NCBI GenBank assembly: GCA_964016885.1
Contig: OZ024755.1
Coordinates: 14,880,001 to 14,944,000, forward strand
From: Eledone cirrhosa
Lineage: Eukaryota
Direction of reading: 5' to 3'
DNA: 64,000 nt
Shown here: positions 21,351-34,300 of the stretch, one piece after another
Layout: every line of letters starts with the position of its first letter
Numbering within the stretch: position 1 is the stretch's first letter
Position numbers and translations under genes: made by a program
The notes under the pieces: model-generated
What the model was told of the DNA's origin: nothing
The model's input: the letters and a program-made list of their open reading frames with translations, nothing else
Databases searched by the model: none

Positions 21351-21405
<55 letters not shown>

Positions 21406-21661
21406 TATGTATATATATATATGTATATATGTATATATATATATGTATATATATATATGTATATATATATATGTATATATATATATGTATATATATATAT
21501 GTATATATATATATGTATATATATATATGTATATATATATATGTATATATATGTATGTATATATATATATATGTATATATATATATGTATATATATATAT
21601 GTATATATATATGTATATATATATATGTATATATATATATGTATATATATATATGTATATG

Positions 21662-21698
<37 letters not shown>

Positions 21699-21969
21699 GT
21701 ATATATATATATGTATATATATATATGTATATGTATATATATATATGTATGTATATATATGTATATATATATATGTATATATATATATGTATATGTATAT
21801 ATATATATGTATATATATATGTATATATATATATATGTATGTATATATATGTATATATATATGTATATATATATATGTATATATATATATGTATATGTAT
21901 ATATATATATGTATATATATATATATGTATATGTATATATGTATATATATATATGTATATATATATATG

Positions 21970-22034
<65 letters not shown>

Positions 22035-22251
22035 GTATATATATATATGTATGTATATATATGTATATATATATATGTATATATATATATGTATATATAT
22101 ATATGTATATATATGTATATATATATATGTATATATATATATGTATATATATATATGTGTATATATATATGTATATATATATGTATATATATATATGTAT
22201 ATATATATGTGTATATATATATGTGTATATATATATGTGTATATATATATG

Positions 22252-22289
<38 letters not shown>

Positions 22290-22367
22290 TATATGTATAT
22301 ATATATATGTATATATATATATGTATATATATGTATATGTATATATATATATGTATATATATATATG

Positions 22368-22419
<52 letters not shown>

Positions 22420-22710
22420 TGTATGTATGTATATATGTATGTATATGTATGTATGTATGTATATGTATGTATGTATGTATATGTATGTATGTATATATAT
22501 ATATGTATGTATGCATGTATGTATGTATATGTATGTATGTATATGTATGTATGTATGTATATATATATGTATGTATGTATGTGTACATATATATCTGTAC
22601 ATATGTATGTGTACATATATGTGTATATATATATGTACGTGTGCATATATTTGTATATATATATGTACGTGTGCATATATTTGTATATGTGGACATATAT
22701 ATATACATAG
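21078..22710. repeat. TATG-type microsatellite
   Basis: Direct inspection. Confidence 0.96.
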
Positions 22711-24199
22711 CTTATTCTTCGTAAAAAGATATTTTTTGATTTTGCAGTAGGTCAAGGGATATAACTCTGGCAGGTGTTAGGGCAGTCTTTTACGGGCAAA
22801 TTTTTTTAACGTAGGAATGTCCTACATCCCGAAACGGCTCCCTCATAAGACTAACGTTAGAGTAAGCCATACCAATAACTTATCACGCGGGGACTTTTGG
22901 TTGTAATATTATAGAAAATCGCACTAAGAAAAACGGCCACAATGTTAACTTCACTGGTGATAGTATAGGTAGCTTATATATACATGTTCATATCTATACG
23001 TATATGTATATATGCATATATACATATATATATATATGTTGTTATACTTTGGGAGGGTCATGGGAGGTAAACAAATTCAGAAACGACATATATATATATA
23101 TAATATATATGCATGTATATATATATGTATATACAAATATACACCCATATGTGTATATATATACATACATATACATATATATATATACATACACATATAT
23201 ATATAAATATACAGGATGGTCTGTATTCTCTCTCGTCTATGATTTCACAGTACTTATTTTCATCGATTTCATGGACTTTACTCATTCTTCCTCACATTAC
23301 CATCTTTGTTTGTTTACGTGTCCCAACGACTTTCTTTAGCCGTTGGACGCACCAACCAGTGGTACATGGTCTTTAAATCGATGAAATACCAATGAAGGAG
23401 TAAGTTTATTCATATGTAACCCATTTGCAACCACGCCAAGTTTTCATACATACATATACATGTATATATATAGGGTTTTGTTCGACTTTTCAGAAACACA
23501 CATTTCATATAGATTTTTTTTTCAAAAACACTCATTTCATATAGATTCTTTTTTTCGACTTTTCAGAAACATATATATATATATACACACACATTCGTAA
23601 TAAAATTCTAATTACCAAAATAGGTATATCAAATTCTAAGGTTTGCATCTTATTTCCCGAAACAGATTTACCTGTAATATATATATGTTACCCGCTTGAC
23701 ATAAGTATATTTATTACCATAAAAATTGTTCCGTATATACGTTCAAAATTACTTTATATATATAGAAACGGAATGAGTGAGATAACACACGGAATATTTG
23801 AGACGTGTTATCTCCCTTTCCGTTTCTATATTTTTTTTAAAAAAGTAAATAAAATTTTACCTATAAATATATCTATTTCACTTAGTAGAATTGCGGCTTG
23901 TGCGTGGCGATGCGCGCAACGGCTCGGACGTCGTCGGCTACGTATGTATGTGTCGTTTCCATACTATGTATCCCAAGTTCGAATCGTTGTGGTGTGCACG
24001 TGGCTACGGCGGCTGGGATGTTTGCAGGCTGGCTATATGCTGGCCTGCGTCCTAGACCACGACGAGAATCCGCCTTACCCCCTTTTGCTAAAAAATGTTA
24101 GAATTATCTCCCTTTATTTAACTCTTTTTTCAATTGACTTCCGGTTGTTTGAAAGAAAACAGATTTCTTATGACTATTCAAAATCACATAGATTTATTT

Positions 24200-27100
24200 T
24201 TGAATACACTTATTTCATTTCGACTTTTCAAAAACATACATTTCATATAGATTTTTTTTTCGACTTTTCAAAAACACTCATTTCATATAGATTTTTTTTT
24301 TCGACAACACTCATTTCATATAGAATTTTTTTTCGACTTTTCAAAAACATACATTTCATATAGATTTTTTTTTTCGACTTTTCAAAAACACTCATTTCAT
24401 ATAGATTTTTTTTTTCGACTTTTCAAAAACATACATTTCATATAGATTTTTTTTCGACTTTTCAAAAACATACATTTCATATAGAAATTTTTTTCGACTT
24501 TTCAAAAACATACATTTCATATAGATTTTTTTTTTCGACTTTTCAAAAACACTCATTTCATATAGATTTTTTTTTCGACTTTTCAAAAACACTCATTTCA
24601 TATAGAATTTTTTTTCGACTTTTCAAAAACATACATTTCATATAGATTTTTTTTTTCGACTTTTCAAAAACATACATTTCATATAGATTTTTTTTCCGAC
24701 TTTTCAAAAACACTCATTTCATATAGATTTTTTTTTAGACTTTTCAAAAACATACATTTCATATAGAATTTTTTTTCGACTTTTCTAAAACACTCATTTC
24801 ATATAGATTTTTTTTTCGACTTTTCAAAAACACTCATTTCATATAGAATTTTTTTCGACTTTTCAAAAACATACATTTCATATAGATTTTTTTTTCGACT
24901 TTTCAAAAACATACATTTCATATAGAATTTTTTTTCGACTTTTCAAAAACATACATTTCATATAGAATTTTTTTTCGACTTTTCAGAAACACTCATTTCA
25001 TATAGATTTTTTTTTTGACTTTTCAAAAACATACATTTCATATAGAATTTTTTTTCGACTTTTCAAAAACATACATTTCATATAGAATTTTTTTTCGACT
25101 TTTCAGAAACACTCATTTCATATAGATTTTTTTTTTGACTTTTCAAAAACATACATTTCATATAGAATTTTTTTTCGACTTTTCAAAAACATACATTTCA
25201 TATAGAATTTTTTTTCGACTTTTCAAAAACATACATTTCATATAGAATTTTTTTTCGACTTTTCAAAAACATACATTTCATATAGAATTTTTTTTCGACT
25301 TTTCAAAAACATGCATTTCATATAGAATTTTTTTTCGACTTTTCAAAAACACTCATTTCATATAGATTTTTTTTTCGACTTTTCAAAAACATACATTTCA
25401 TATAGAATTTTTTTTCGACTTTTCAAAAACATACATTTCATATAGAATTTTTTTTCGACTTTTCAAAAACATACATTTCATATAGAATTTTTTTTAGACT
25501 TTTCAAAAACATACATTTCATATAGAATTTTTTTTCGACTTTTCAAAAACATACATTTCATATAGATTTTTTTTCCGACTTTTCAAAAACACTCATTTCA
25601 TATAGAATTTTTTTCGACTTTTCAAAAACATACATTTCATATAGATTTTTTTTTCGACTTTTCAAAAACATACATTTCATATAGAATTTTTTTTCGACTT
25701 TTCAAAAACATACATTTCATATAGAATTTTTTTTCGACTTTTCAAAAACACTCATTTCATATAGATTTTTTTTTCGACTTTTCAAAAACATACATTTCAT
25801 ATAGAATTTTTTTTCGACTTTTCAAAAACATACATTTCATATAGAATTTTTTTTCGACTTTTCAGAAACACTCATTTCATATAGATTTTTTTTTTGACTT
25901 TTCAAAAACATACATTTCATATAGATTTTTTTTTCGACTTTTCAAAAACATACATTTCATATAGAATTTTTTTTCGACTTTTCAAAAACATACATTTCAT
26001 ATAGAATTTTTTTTCGACTTTTCAGAAACACTCATTTCATATAGATTTTTTTTTTGACTTTTCAAAAACATACATTTCATATAGAATTTTTTTTCGACTT
26101 TTCAAAAACATACATTTCATATAGAATTTTTTTTCGACTTTTCAAAAACATGCATTTCATATAGAATTTTTTTTCGACTTTTCAAAAACACTCATTTCAT
26201 ATAGATTTTTTTTTCGACTTTTCAAAAACATACATTTCATATAGAATTTTTTTTCGACTTTTCAAAAACATACATTTCATATAGAATTTTTTTTCGACTT
26301 TTCAAAAACATACATTTCATATAGAATTTTTTTTCGACTTTTCAGAAACACTCATTTTTTTTTTGACTTTTCAAAAACATACATTTCATATAGAATTTTT
26401 TTTCGACTTTTCAAAAACATACATTTTATATAGAATTTTTTTTCGACTTTTCAAAAACATGCATTTCATATAGAATTTTTTTTCGACTTTTCAAAAACAC
26501 TCATTTCATATAGATTTTTTTTTCGACTTTTCAAAAACATACATTTCATATAGAATTTTTTTTCGACTTTTCAAAAACATACATTTCATATAGAATTTTT
26601 TTTCGACTTTTCAGAAACACTCATTTCATATAGATTTTTTTTTTGACTTTTCAAAAACATACATTTCATATAGATATTTTTTTCGACTTTTCAAAAACAT
26701 ACATTTCATATAGAATTTTTTTTCGACTTTTCAAAAACATACATTTCATATAGAATTTTTTTTCGACTTTTCAGAAACACTCATTTCATATAGATTTTTT
26801 TTTTGACTTTTCAAAAACATACATTTCATATAGATTTTTTTTTCGACTTTTCAAAAACATACATTTCATATAGAATTTTTTTTCGACTTTTCAAAAACAT
26901 GCATTTCATATAGAATTTTTTTTTCGACTTTTCAGAAACACTAATTTCATATAGATTTTTTTTTTGACTTTTCAAAAACATACATTTCATATAGATTTTT
27001 TTTTCGACTCTTCAAAAACATACATTTCATATAGAATTTTTTTTCGACTATTCAAAAACATACATTTCATATAGAAATTTTTTTTGACTTTTCAAAAACA

Positions 27101-27370
27101 TACATTTTATATAGAATTTTTTTTTCGACAACATACATTTCATATAGATTTTTCAAAAACACTTATTTCATATAGATTCTTTTTTCGACTATTCAAAAAC
27201 ATACATTTCATATAGATTTTTATTTAGACTTTTCAAAAACATACATTTCATATAGATTCTTTTTTCGACAACAGTAATTTCATATAGATCTTTATTCTAG
27301 ACATTTCAAAAACATTTATTTCACATTGAATCTGTTTTTGACCTTTGAAAAATTAATTTCATATAGATTT
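24200..27370. repeat. 40-bp satellite array (~75 units) CGACTTTTCAAAAACATACATTTCATATAGAATTTTTTTT
   Basis: Exact 40-bp period over long stretches, with recurrent variants (cactcat, cagaaac, tttgac, catgcat); two stray units at 23480-23570. Confidence 0.97.
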
Positions 27371-27864
27371 TTTTTTTTTTTTTACTTATTAAAAACACAT
27401 GTTCTATATAAACTTCTTTCCGACATCAGTTCCCCGATCCAGGCTCTTAACCATGTCGCTAAAGTGCAGGAAAAAAACATTCCTAGCTTCTTTATTTAGA
27501 AACTTCCTATTCACTTACGTTCTTTACAGTCCGTTTTTCTCAGCTTCTTGTAGACTCTTGATTCATTTTTGTCAAAATTAAATGAACACAATTCGTATAT
27601 AATTTGTAAACTTTATTCATTTTTGTCAAATTAAAATTTTCTTTATTCATTTTTGTCAAAATAAAATTTTCTTTATTCATTTCTGTCAAAATAAAATGAA
27701 AATGCTCTTTATTAACAGACACTACGCCATTCCCACTAGTTACGGCAAACAACACAGGATGTGAACTTGAAGGCTGGACATCTGTAAAAAGAAATGAATA
27801 TACGTTATCAATAAAAAAAAATATTAAACTTAATAAAATTCATCCAATTTTGTATTTTATTATA

Positions 27865-28137
27865 TATACATTTTTAATTTCCTCTATTTAAATGTTTCTA
27901 CATTTGGCACAAGGCCAGCAATTAAATAGTACATTACTGGTACTTTATTTTATCGACCCCGTAAGGATGATAGGCAAAGTTAACATTGACAGGATTTGAA
28001 CTCAGATCGAGGTTAACTTTGCCTTTCGGGGTCGATAAAATAAAGCGCCAGTAATGTACTGAGTAATTGCTGGCCTTGTGCCAAATCTAGAAACAATTAT
28101 ATATACATTTAAATAGAGGAAACTAAAAATGTATATG
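27865..28137. mobile_element. Head-to-head inverted pair of truncated family-B SINE 3' halves plus flanks, forming a hairpin
   Basis: tttggcacaaggccagcaatt...tttattttatcgacccc...ggcaaagttaac is mirrored by gttaactttgcc...ggggtcgataaaataaag...aattgctggccttgtgccaaa. Confidence 0.8.
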
Positions 28138-31100
28138 AAGTTTCTTAAAGAAAGAAAATAAGAATGTAGATGAAGTGCATAAAGAAAGAAACTTTTTGTT
28201 TTTTAGGAATGTCAATGACGAAAAAAGAAACTAGGAATGTAAATGTTGCGTACGTTAAAGTTATATCGATCTAATTAACACTAATCAACAGTTTGATTAC
28301 GATATCTAAAAAGAATTCGTTCAAAATTTAAGTCGTCGGGCTTTAAAATCGTGAGTTCGATTCTCAGACGGGACTTTGCGTTGTGTACTTGAACAAAACA
28401 CTTTATTTCCCGTTGCTCCAAATCACACAGTAGCATTTAGTTGGACAACAAAAGGTTTCTTTCTACGTCCAAGAAATGAAGCTGCCTTGCTTCATTGGGT
28501 GTGAAATAAATAAAAATGTAGTTGTATATAGAGGTTTCTTAGAAGGAAAGGTATATTCCTGCTGAGAGAAGGTTTATATATTTTTCTTAGTAGACATTCT
28601 CTAAAAAGAGAAGATAGTAAAACGTATTTTTCTGTCTCAAGAATATCTGCTAGTATTGGCAAGCTTTACTATGTATTCAATAAAGAAAGATCTACAGAAT
28701 GATGTTTATAGAAAGAAATTTTAGTTATACTTCTTAGAAAGTATATATATAGTGTCGAGATGGCTTAGTTTAGTTTCTTAGAAGAGGTAACACTATTTCT
28801 ATGTGTAGTTTGTTTTTTTATTTTATTTAAAATAAAGCATGTGTCGAGAGGTTGTAGATGTTCCAAAAAGCCACATAAGCACTATATCCAAAGTGTGATA
28901 GTTATTGATATAAAGTGTGTATTTAATAAAACGTAAGATAGTTCGAGTGTAGCGCAAAGAAAACATTACATACCTTTATACACGAGGAAAGCAATATCCA
29001 AAATAAATTTTTTTCAACGAACCGGAAGTCAATCGAAAAAAGAGAAGAGTTCCATAAAGCGGAAGAGCAAAAATATACTGGGTAATTGCAGGCCTTGTGC
29101 CAGATGTAGAAACAATTATATATACATTTAAATAGAGGAAACTAAGAATGTATATGAAGTTTCTTAAAGAAAGAAAATAAGAATGTAGATGAAGTGCATA
29201 AAGAAAGAAACTTTCTTTGTTTTTTAGGAATGACACTGACGAAAAAAGAAACTAAGATGTAAATGAATTGTTGAAAAGGAACAAAGAAAGTAAATGAAGT
29301 TTCCTAAGAATGTAAATGGTTCTATGTTACGTAGGTTAAAGTGATATCAATCTAGTTAACACTGATCAACAGTTAATCTTTGATTACGATGATGATATCT
29401 AAAAAGAATTCGTTCAAAATTTAAGTCGGCAGGCTTTATAATCGTGAGTTCGATTCTCAGACCGGACTTTGCGTTGTGTACTTGAACAAGACACTTTATT
29501 TCACGTTGCTACAAATCACACAGTAGAAATTAGTTGGACAACAAAAAATATCTTTCTACGTACAAGAGAACACATGTGTGCGAGAAATGAAGCTGGCACG
29601 CTTCATTGGGTGTGAAAGAAATAAAGATAATAAAAATGTAATTGTATATAGAGGTTTCTTAGAAGGAAAGGTATATTCCTGTAGAGAGAAGGTTTATATA
29701 TTTTTCTTAGTATATAGTCTCTAAAAAGAGAAGATAGTAAAACGTATTTTTCTGTCTCAAGAATATCTAGTGTTGACAAGGTTTACTATGTATTCAATAA
29801 AGAAGGATCTGCAGAATGATGTTTATAGAAATAAATTTTATTTATACTTCTTAGAAAGTATATATATAGTGTCGAGATCTCTCAGCTTAGTTTCTTAGAA
29901 GAGGTAACACTATTTGTATGTGTAGTTTGTTTTTTATTTTATTTAAAATAAAGCATGTGTCGAGAGGTTTAAGATGTTCCAGAAAGACACATAAAATACC
30001 ACTTCACATGAACACAATATCCAAAGTGTGAGAGTTATTGATATAAAGTGTGTATTTAATAAAATGTAAGATAGTTCGAGTGTAGCGCAAAGAAAACATT
30101 ACATACCTTTATACACGAGGAAAGCAATATCCAAAATGAATCTTTTTCAACGAACCGGAAGTCAATCGAAAAAGGAGAAGAGTTCCATAAAGAGGAAGTA
30201 ACTCTAAATAAAGGAAGAGCAAAAATGTACTGGGTAATTGCAGGCCTTGTGCCAGATGTAGAAACAATTATATATACATTTAAATAGAGGAAACTAAGAA
30301 TGTATATGAAGTTTCTTAAAGAAAGAAAATAAGAATGTAGATGAAGTGCATAAAGAAAGAAACTTTTTGTTTTTTAGGAATGTCAATGAAGTGTTGAAAA
30401 GGAACAAAGAAAGTAAATGAAGTTTCCCAAGAAGAAACTAAGAATGTAAATGGTTCTATGTTATGTAGGTTAAAGTGATATCAATCTAGTTAACACTGAT
30501 CAACAGTTAATCTTTGATTACGATGATGATATCTAAAAATAATTCGTTCAAAATTTAAGTGGTCGGGCTTTACAATCGTGAGTTCGATTCTCAGACCGGA
30601 CTTTGCGTTGTGTACTTGAACAAGACACTTTATTTCACGTTACTCCAAATCACACAGTAGAAATTAGTTGGACAACAAAAGAATTCTTTCTACGTACAAG
30701 AGAACACATGTGTGCGAGAAATGAAGCTGCCACGCTTCATTGGGTGTGAAAGAAATAAAGATAATAAAAATGTAGTTGTATATAGTGTTTTCTTAGAAGT
30801 AAAGGTATATTCCTGTAGAGAGATGGTTTATATATTTTTCTTAGTAGACATTATATAGTCTCTAAAAAGAGAAGATAGTAAAACGTATTTTTCTGTCTCA
30901 AGGTTTACTATGTATTCAATAAAGAAAGATCTGCAGAATGATGTTTATAGAAAGAAATTTTAGTTATACTTCTTAGAAAGTATATATATAGTGTCGAGAT
31001 CTCTTAGCTTAGTTTCTTAGAAGAGGTAACACTATTTGTATGTGTAGTTTTATTTTTATTTAATTTAAAATAAAGCATGTGTCAAGAGGTTTAAGATATC

Positions 31101-31345
31101 CCAGAAAGACATAAAATACCACTTCACATAAACACAATATCCAAAGTGTGAGAGTTATTGATATAAACTGTGTATTTAATAAAATGTAAGATAGTTCGAG
31201 TGTAGCGCATAGAAAACATTACATACCTTTATACACGAGGAAAGCAATATCCAAAATGAATTTTTTTCAAAGAACCGGAAGTTAATAGAAAAAAAGAAGA
31301 GTTCCATAAAGAGGAAGTAGCTCTAAATAAAGGAAGAGCAAAAAT
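28060..31345. repeat. Three tandem copies of a ~1.0-1.15 kb unit containing SINE fragments
   Basis: Marker gtaattgc.ggccttgtgcca at ~28063, 29082, 30234; gagttcgattctcagac at ~28353, 29446, 30580; acattacatacctttatacacgagg at ~28963, 30096, 31216. Confidence 0.93.
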
Positions 31346-32079
31346 AATTGCTTGAGCGGTCCAGCATATAGCAAACAGCTCCGGCTGCCGAGGCCGCGTG
31401 CCCTTGATTCGATCTCCCGACACATAGTATGGCCCCGCCATACATAAGTAGGCAATGAAATCCGAACCGTTAAGAGTGTCGCCAGGCGGAGCCACAGTAT
31501 TTCTCATTAAATTAGTCATACTTATAACTAAAATTTTGTTTGTTTGTTTTTTTTAAAATATAGAAGCGGAAAGAAAGCTAGATAACACGCCTCAAAATAT
31601 ATTCCGTGAATTACCATACTCTCATTCTGTTTCTATATATAACGACTGGGAGTCAGAGACGCAGCTCGCGCGCCACCTCGAAGGCCACAATTCAACTGAG
31701 TAGAATACTCATACTTATGGGTACTTTTCACTTTTTTTGTTTAAAAAAAAATATAAACGAAACGAAGGGAAGTCATTCGGTATTCGGAATAAAGATATTT
31801 TAACAAAGAAATTATTAGCGCATTGCTGGTATTATGATGATGAGGGTTTCGATCTCTGAATTTTTTTTTTTCTTTAAATTATGAAATTATATTCATTAAA
31901 AACATCGTCTTGAAACCAACCGACGCACTAACAATTATCCTATGAAAATCTGTATTCCAAACGAATTACCTCCATTCATTTCGTTTATATATATATTTCA
32001 ATGAATAATCACTTACCTCCGTATAGACGATAGTCCAGCAACATTAATGACTTGCTTCTTTCGTCCTCTTATCTGGTAC

Positions 32080-32965
32080 TGACCAGCGTTTAGTTGGCCG
32101 TAGGAAATACTATAAAAATGCTTCTTTGGCCATAGGAGATATATGTGAAGTATATGCTTCTCTCACCCTCTAACCTGCAATTCACCAACTGCGAGGAGGG
32201 TGGTTTTGGTGACCAGGGTTTAGTTGGCTGTAGAGGATCCTACGATAAGTTTACACCCTCTAAGCAGGCACTGATTATAGTTAATTAGCCGTAGGACATC
32301 CTATGGGACGTATGCACTATAAAACTGCTTCTTTGGCTATAAGGGATACTATGTGAAGTATATGCTTCTCTCGCCCTCTAACTTGTAGCTGGCCGTAGGA
32401 AACACTATGGGAAGTATATACTCTAAAACTGCTTCTTTCGCCCTCTGACATTGACCAGGGTTTAGCTGGCCGTAGAGGATTGTACGAGATATTTACGCCC
32501 TTAAAGTCCTTCAATTGCCCTCTCACGGCATTGGCCAGGGCTTAGCTAGCTGTTGAGGTTCCTACGAGATGTTTACACCCTCTAAGCAGGCACCGATCAT
32601 GGTGTAGTTGAACGTAGAGGATCCTATGACAATTTAACGCCCTTAAACTGCTTATTTTGCCATCTAACCTGGCATTGGCCAAGAGGATCCCACGAGAATT
32701 ATGTACTTAAACTGCATCAATCACCCTCTCACTTGGAATTTACCAACTGTGGAGGATGGTGCTTATGTCCCCATCTAACCTGGCATTGACCAAGTGGATC
32801 CCATGAGAAGTATACGTCCTTAAACTGGTCTCTTCACACCCTTAGCAGGCACATACTATGGTTTAGCTGGCCGTAGAGAATCCCACGAGAAGTATACGTC
32901 CTTAAACTGCTTCAATCACACTCTACTCTGGAATTGACCAACTGTGGAGGAGGGTGGTTTTGGTG
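32080..32965. repeat. Degenerate GC-richer minisatellite (variable ~60-80 bp modules)
   Basis: Recurrent tttagctggccgtag, gaggatcc.acgaga, ccttaaactgctt and ctctaacctggcatt motifs in shuffled order. Confidence 0.8.
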
Positions 32966-33049
32966 TGTTACATAGGTATACTTCAAAGGTACTAATTGCT
33001 TACTAGGAGTAGCAGATTGACAATTAACTGCACACATGTAGAGTGGAAA

Positions 33050-33163
33050 TCACCTTCCTCACCAAGTAAACTTGGTGGGGTTGCCGGTTTAGTCGCCGAC
33101 GATCGGACTATGCGACAGGTTCTACAGGGTTACATGATACCAGTAGTACTCAAGAGTGATCCG

Positions 33164-33165
<2 letters not shown>
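33050..33165 (-). mobile_element. Diverged 5' fragment of the RTE derivative, including the HDV-like fold (33084-33162)
   Basis: Minus strand ggatcac...ccctgtagaacctgtcgcatagtccgatcgtcggcgactaaaccggcaaccccaccaag aligns to 20472-20585. Confidence 0.8.
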
Positions 33166-33210
<45 letters not shown>

Positions 33211-34164
33211 TATATATATATATATATAAAGAAACTAAGTATGTATATGAAATTTCTAAGGAAAGGAACAAAGAATGTGAATTTTTTAAAGAAAGAAACT
33301 AAGAATATATATGAAAGTTCGTTCAAAATCTCGTTAAAAAAATTGGTTCAAAACTTCAGTGTTATGGCCAAAACGACAGATCTCAAAAGATTCTAGTTCA
33401 TATTAATAACCAACATATAAAACCCAGCATCATGTGTGACAGGAGTAAGTCCTCCAAAACGAATTTACAACAAAACACGAGAAGATCATGAAGGGAACTT
33501 CAAATATATTATTTACCAAAGTAAAAAGAAATACGCTATTTTTGTGTGTGTGTGTGTGTGGGGGGGGTATTACATTAGAATGTAAGGTATGGCAGAAGCT
33601 AAATAAAACTGGTCAAAATAAAATAAAGTTTTACTTTACCGCTGTAAGATTAGTAAAATCCAAGTGTTTAACGTTTTTTTTATTCACGTTGGAAAACATG
33701 AAGTTCTTCCGCTGGCCATTATATTTTTTCTAAACAGGGTTAATCGAAGTGCACATGTGCAAAAAAGGTAGATATCAATGCGCATGCAGTACTTATTCTG
33801 AATAAGTAAGTGACATGTTTACTACTTTAAAATTCATAGCGAATGTTCTTCTAAACGTTTTTAATTAAACATACAGTATATTGCCAAATATACTATACAT
33901 ACATTCATGTATACATCGCTATTTCAGAACCCCAGTACTAATACCTAATTTTTGCTGAACGGCAATCGTTCTGTTTAATCAGCTCCTGATTATTACTGGA
34001 ATTCTATAAGAATCCAGCTTCTATGATTTTTGGCAAAGACATCGAAGCATGTTGTCTTGATAAAGGTTAACAACGGACGGACTTCTAAATATGTTTAATT
34101 ATACATATAGTATATTGCCAAAAATACTATACACATATATATATATTTTTTTTTGCCTGGCCAT

Positions 34165-34300
34165 TGGTGTAAGAGGGAGTTTCAGTTCTTTTAGCCTCTC
34201 CCAGTAGCTCATCTCCTTCATCGTAACAATTCACTTGGTATAGCTTCGTTCGATTGCCTCAAGCTCCGTCATTAGTTTGATATTATGGGGTGACCACCAA
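34165..34300 (-). mobile_element. Short fragment of the CR1-group LINE
   Basis: Translates WWSPHNIKLMTELEAIERSYTK*IVTMKEMSYWERLKELKL, homologous to 10320-10430. Confidence 0.8.

Larger units (their letters stand above)
23760..31640. mobile_element. ~8-kb composite block bounded by ~400-bp diverged inverted repeats with terminal hairpins (foldback-like element, class unknown)
   Basis: 23760-24170 aligns in inverted orientation to 31260-31640 with the same order of parts: hairpin tatagaaac.gaatgag...cacggaata.ttgag.cgtgttatct...ttccg.ttctata, A/T spacer, GC-rich block, acttccggtt.tttgaaa. Confidence 0.6.

Noticed and set aside
22715-23450. Short islands resembling Tc1/MITE fragments, with an imperfect inverted repeat at 23255-23390
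   Set aside because: No paired termini, hammerhead core or second copy in the window.
24200-27370. CRISPR-like regular array
   Set aside because: The units are contiguous with no unique spacers, there are no cas genes, and the context is eukaryotic.
28345-28375. tRNA genes at gttcgattc / gttcaaatc motifs (also 29446, 30580, 35443, 58430)
   Set aside because: They have B boxes only and no cloverleaf; they are SINE heads.
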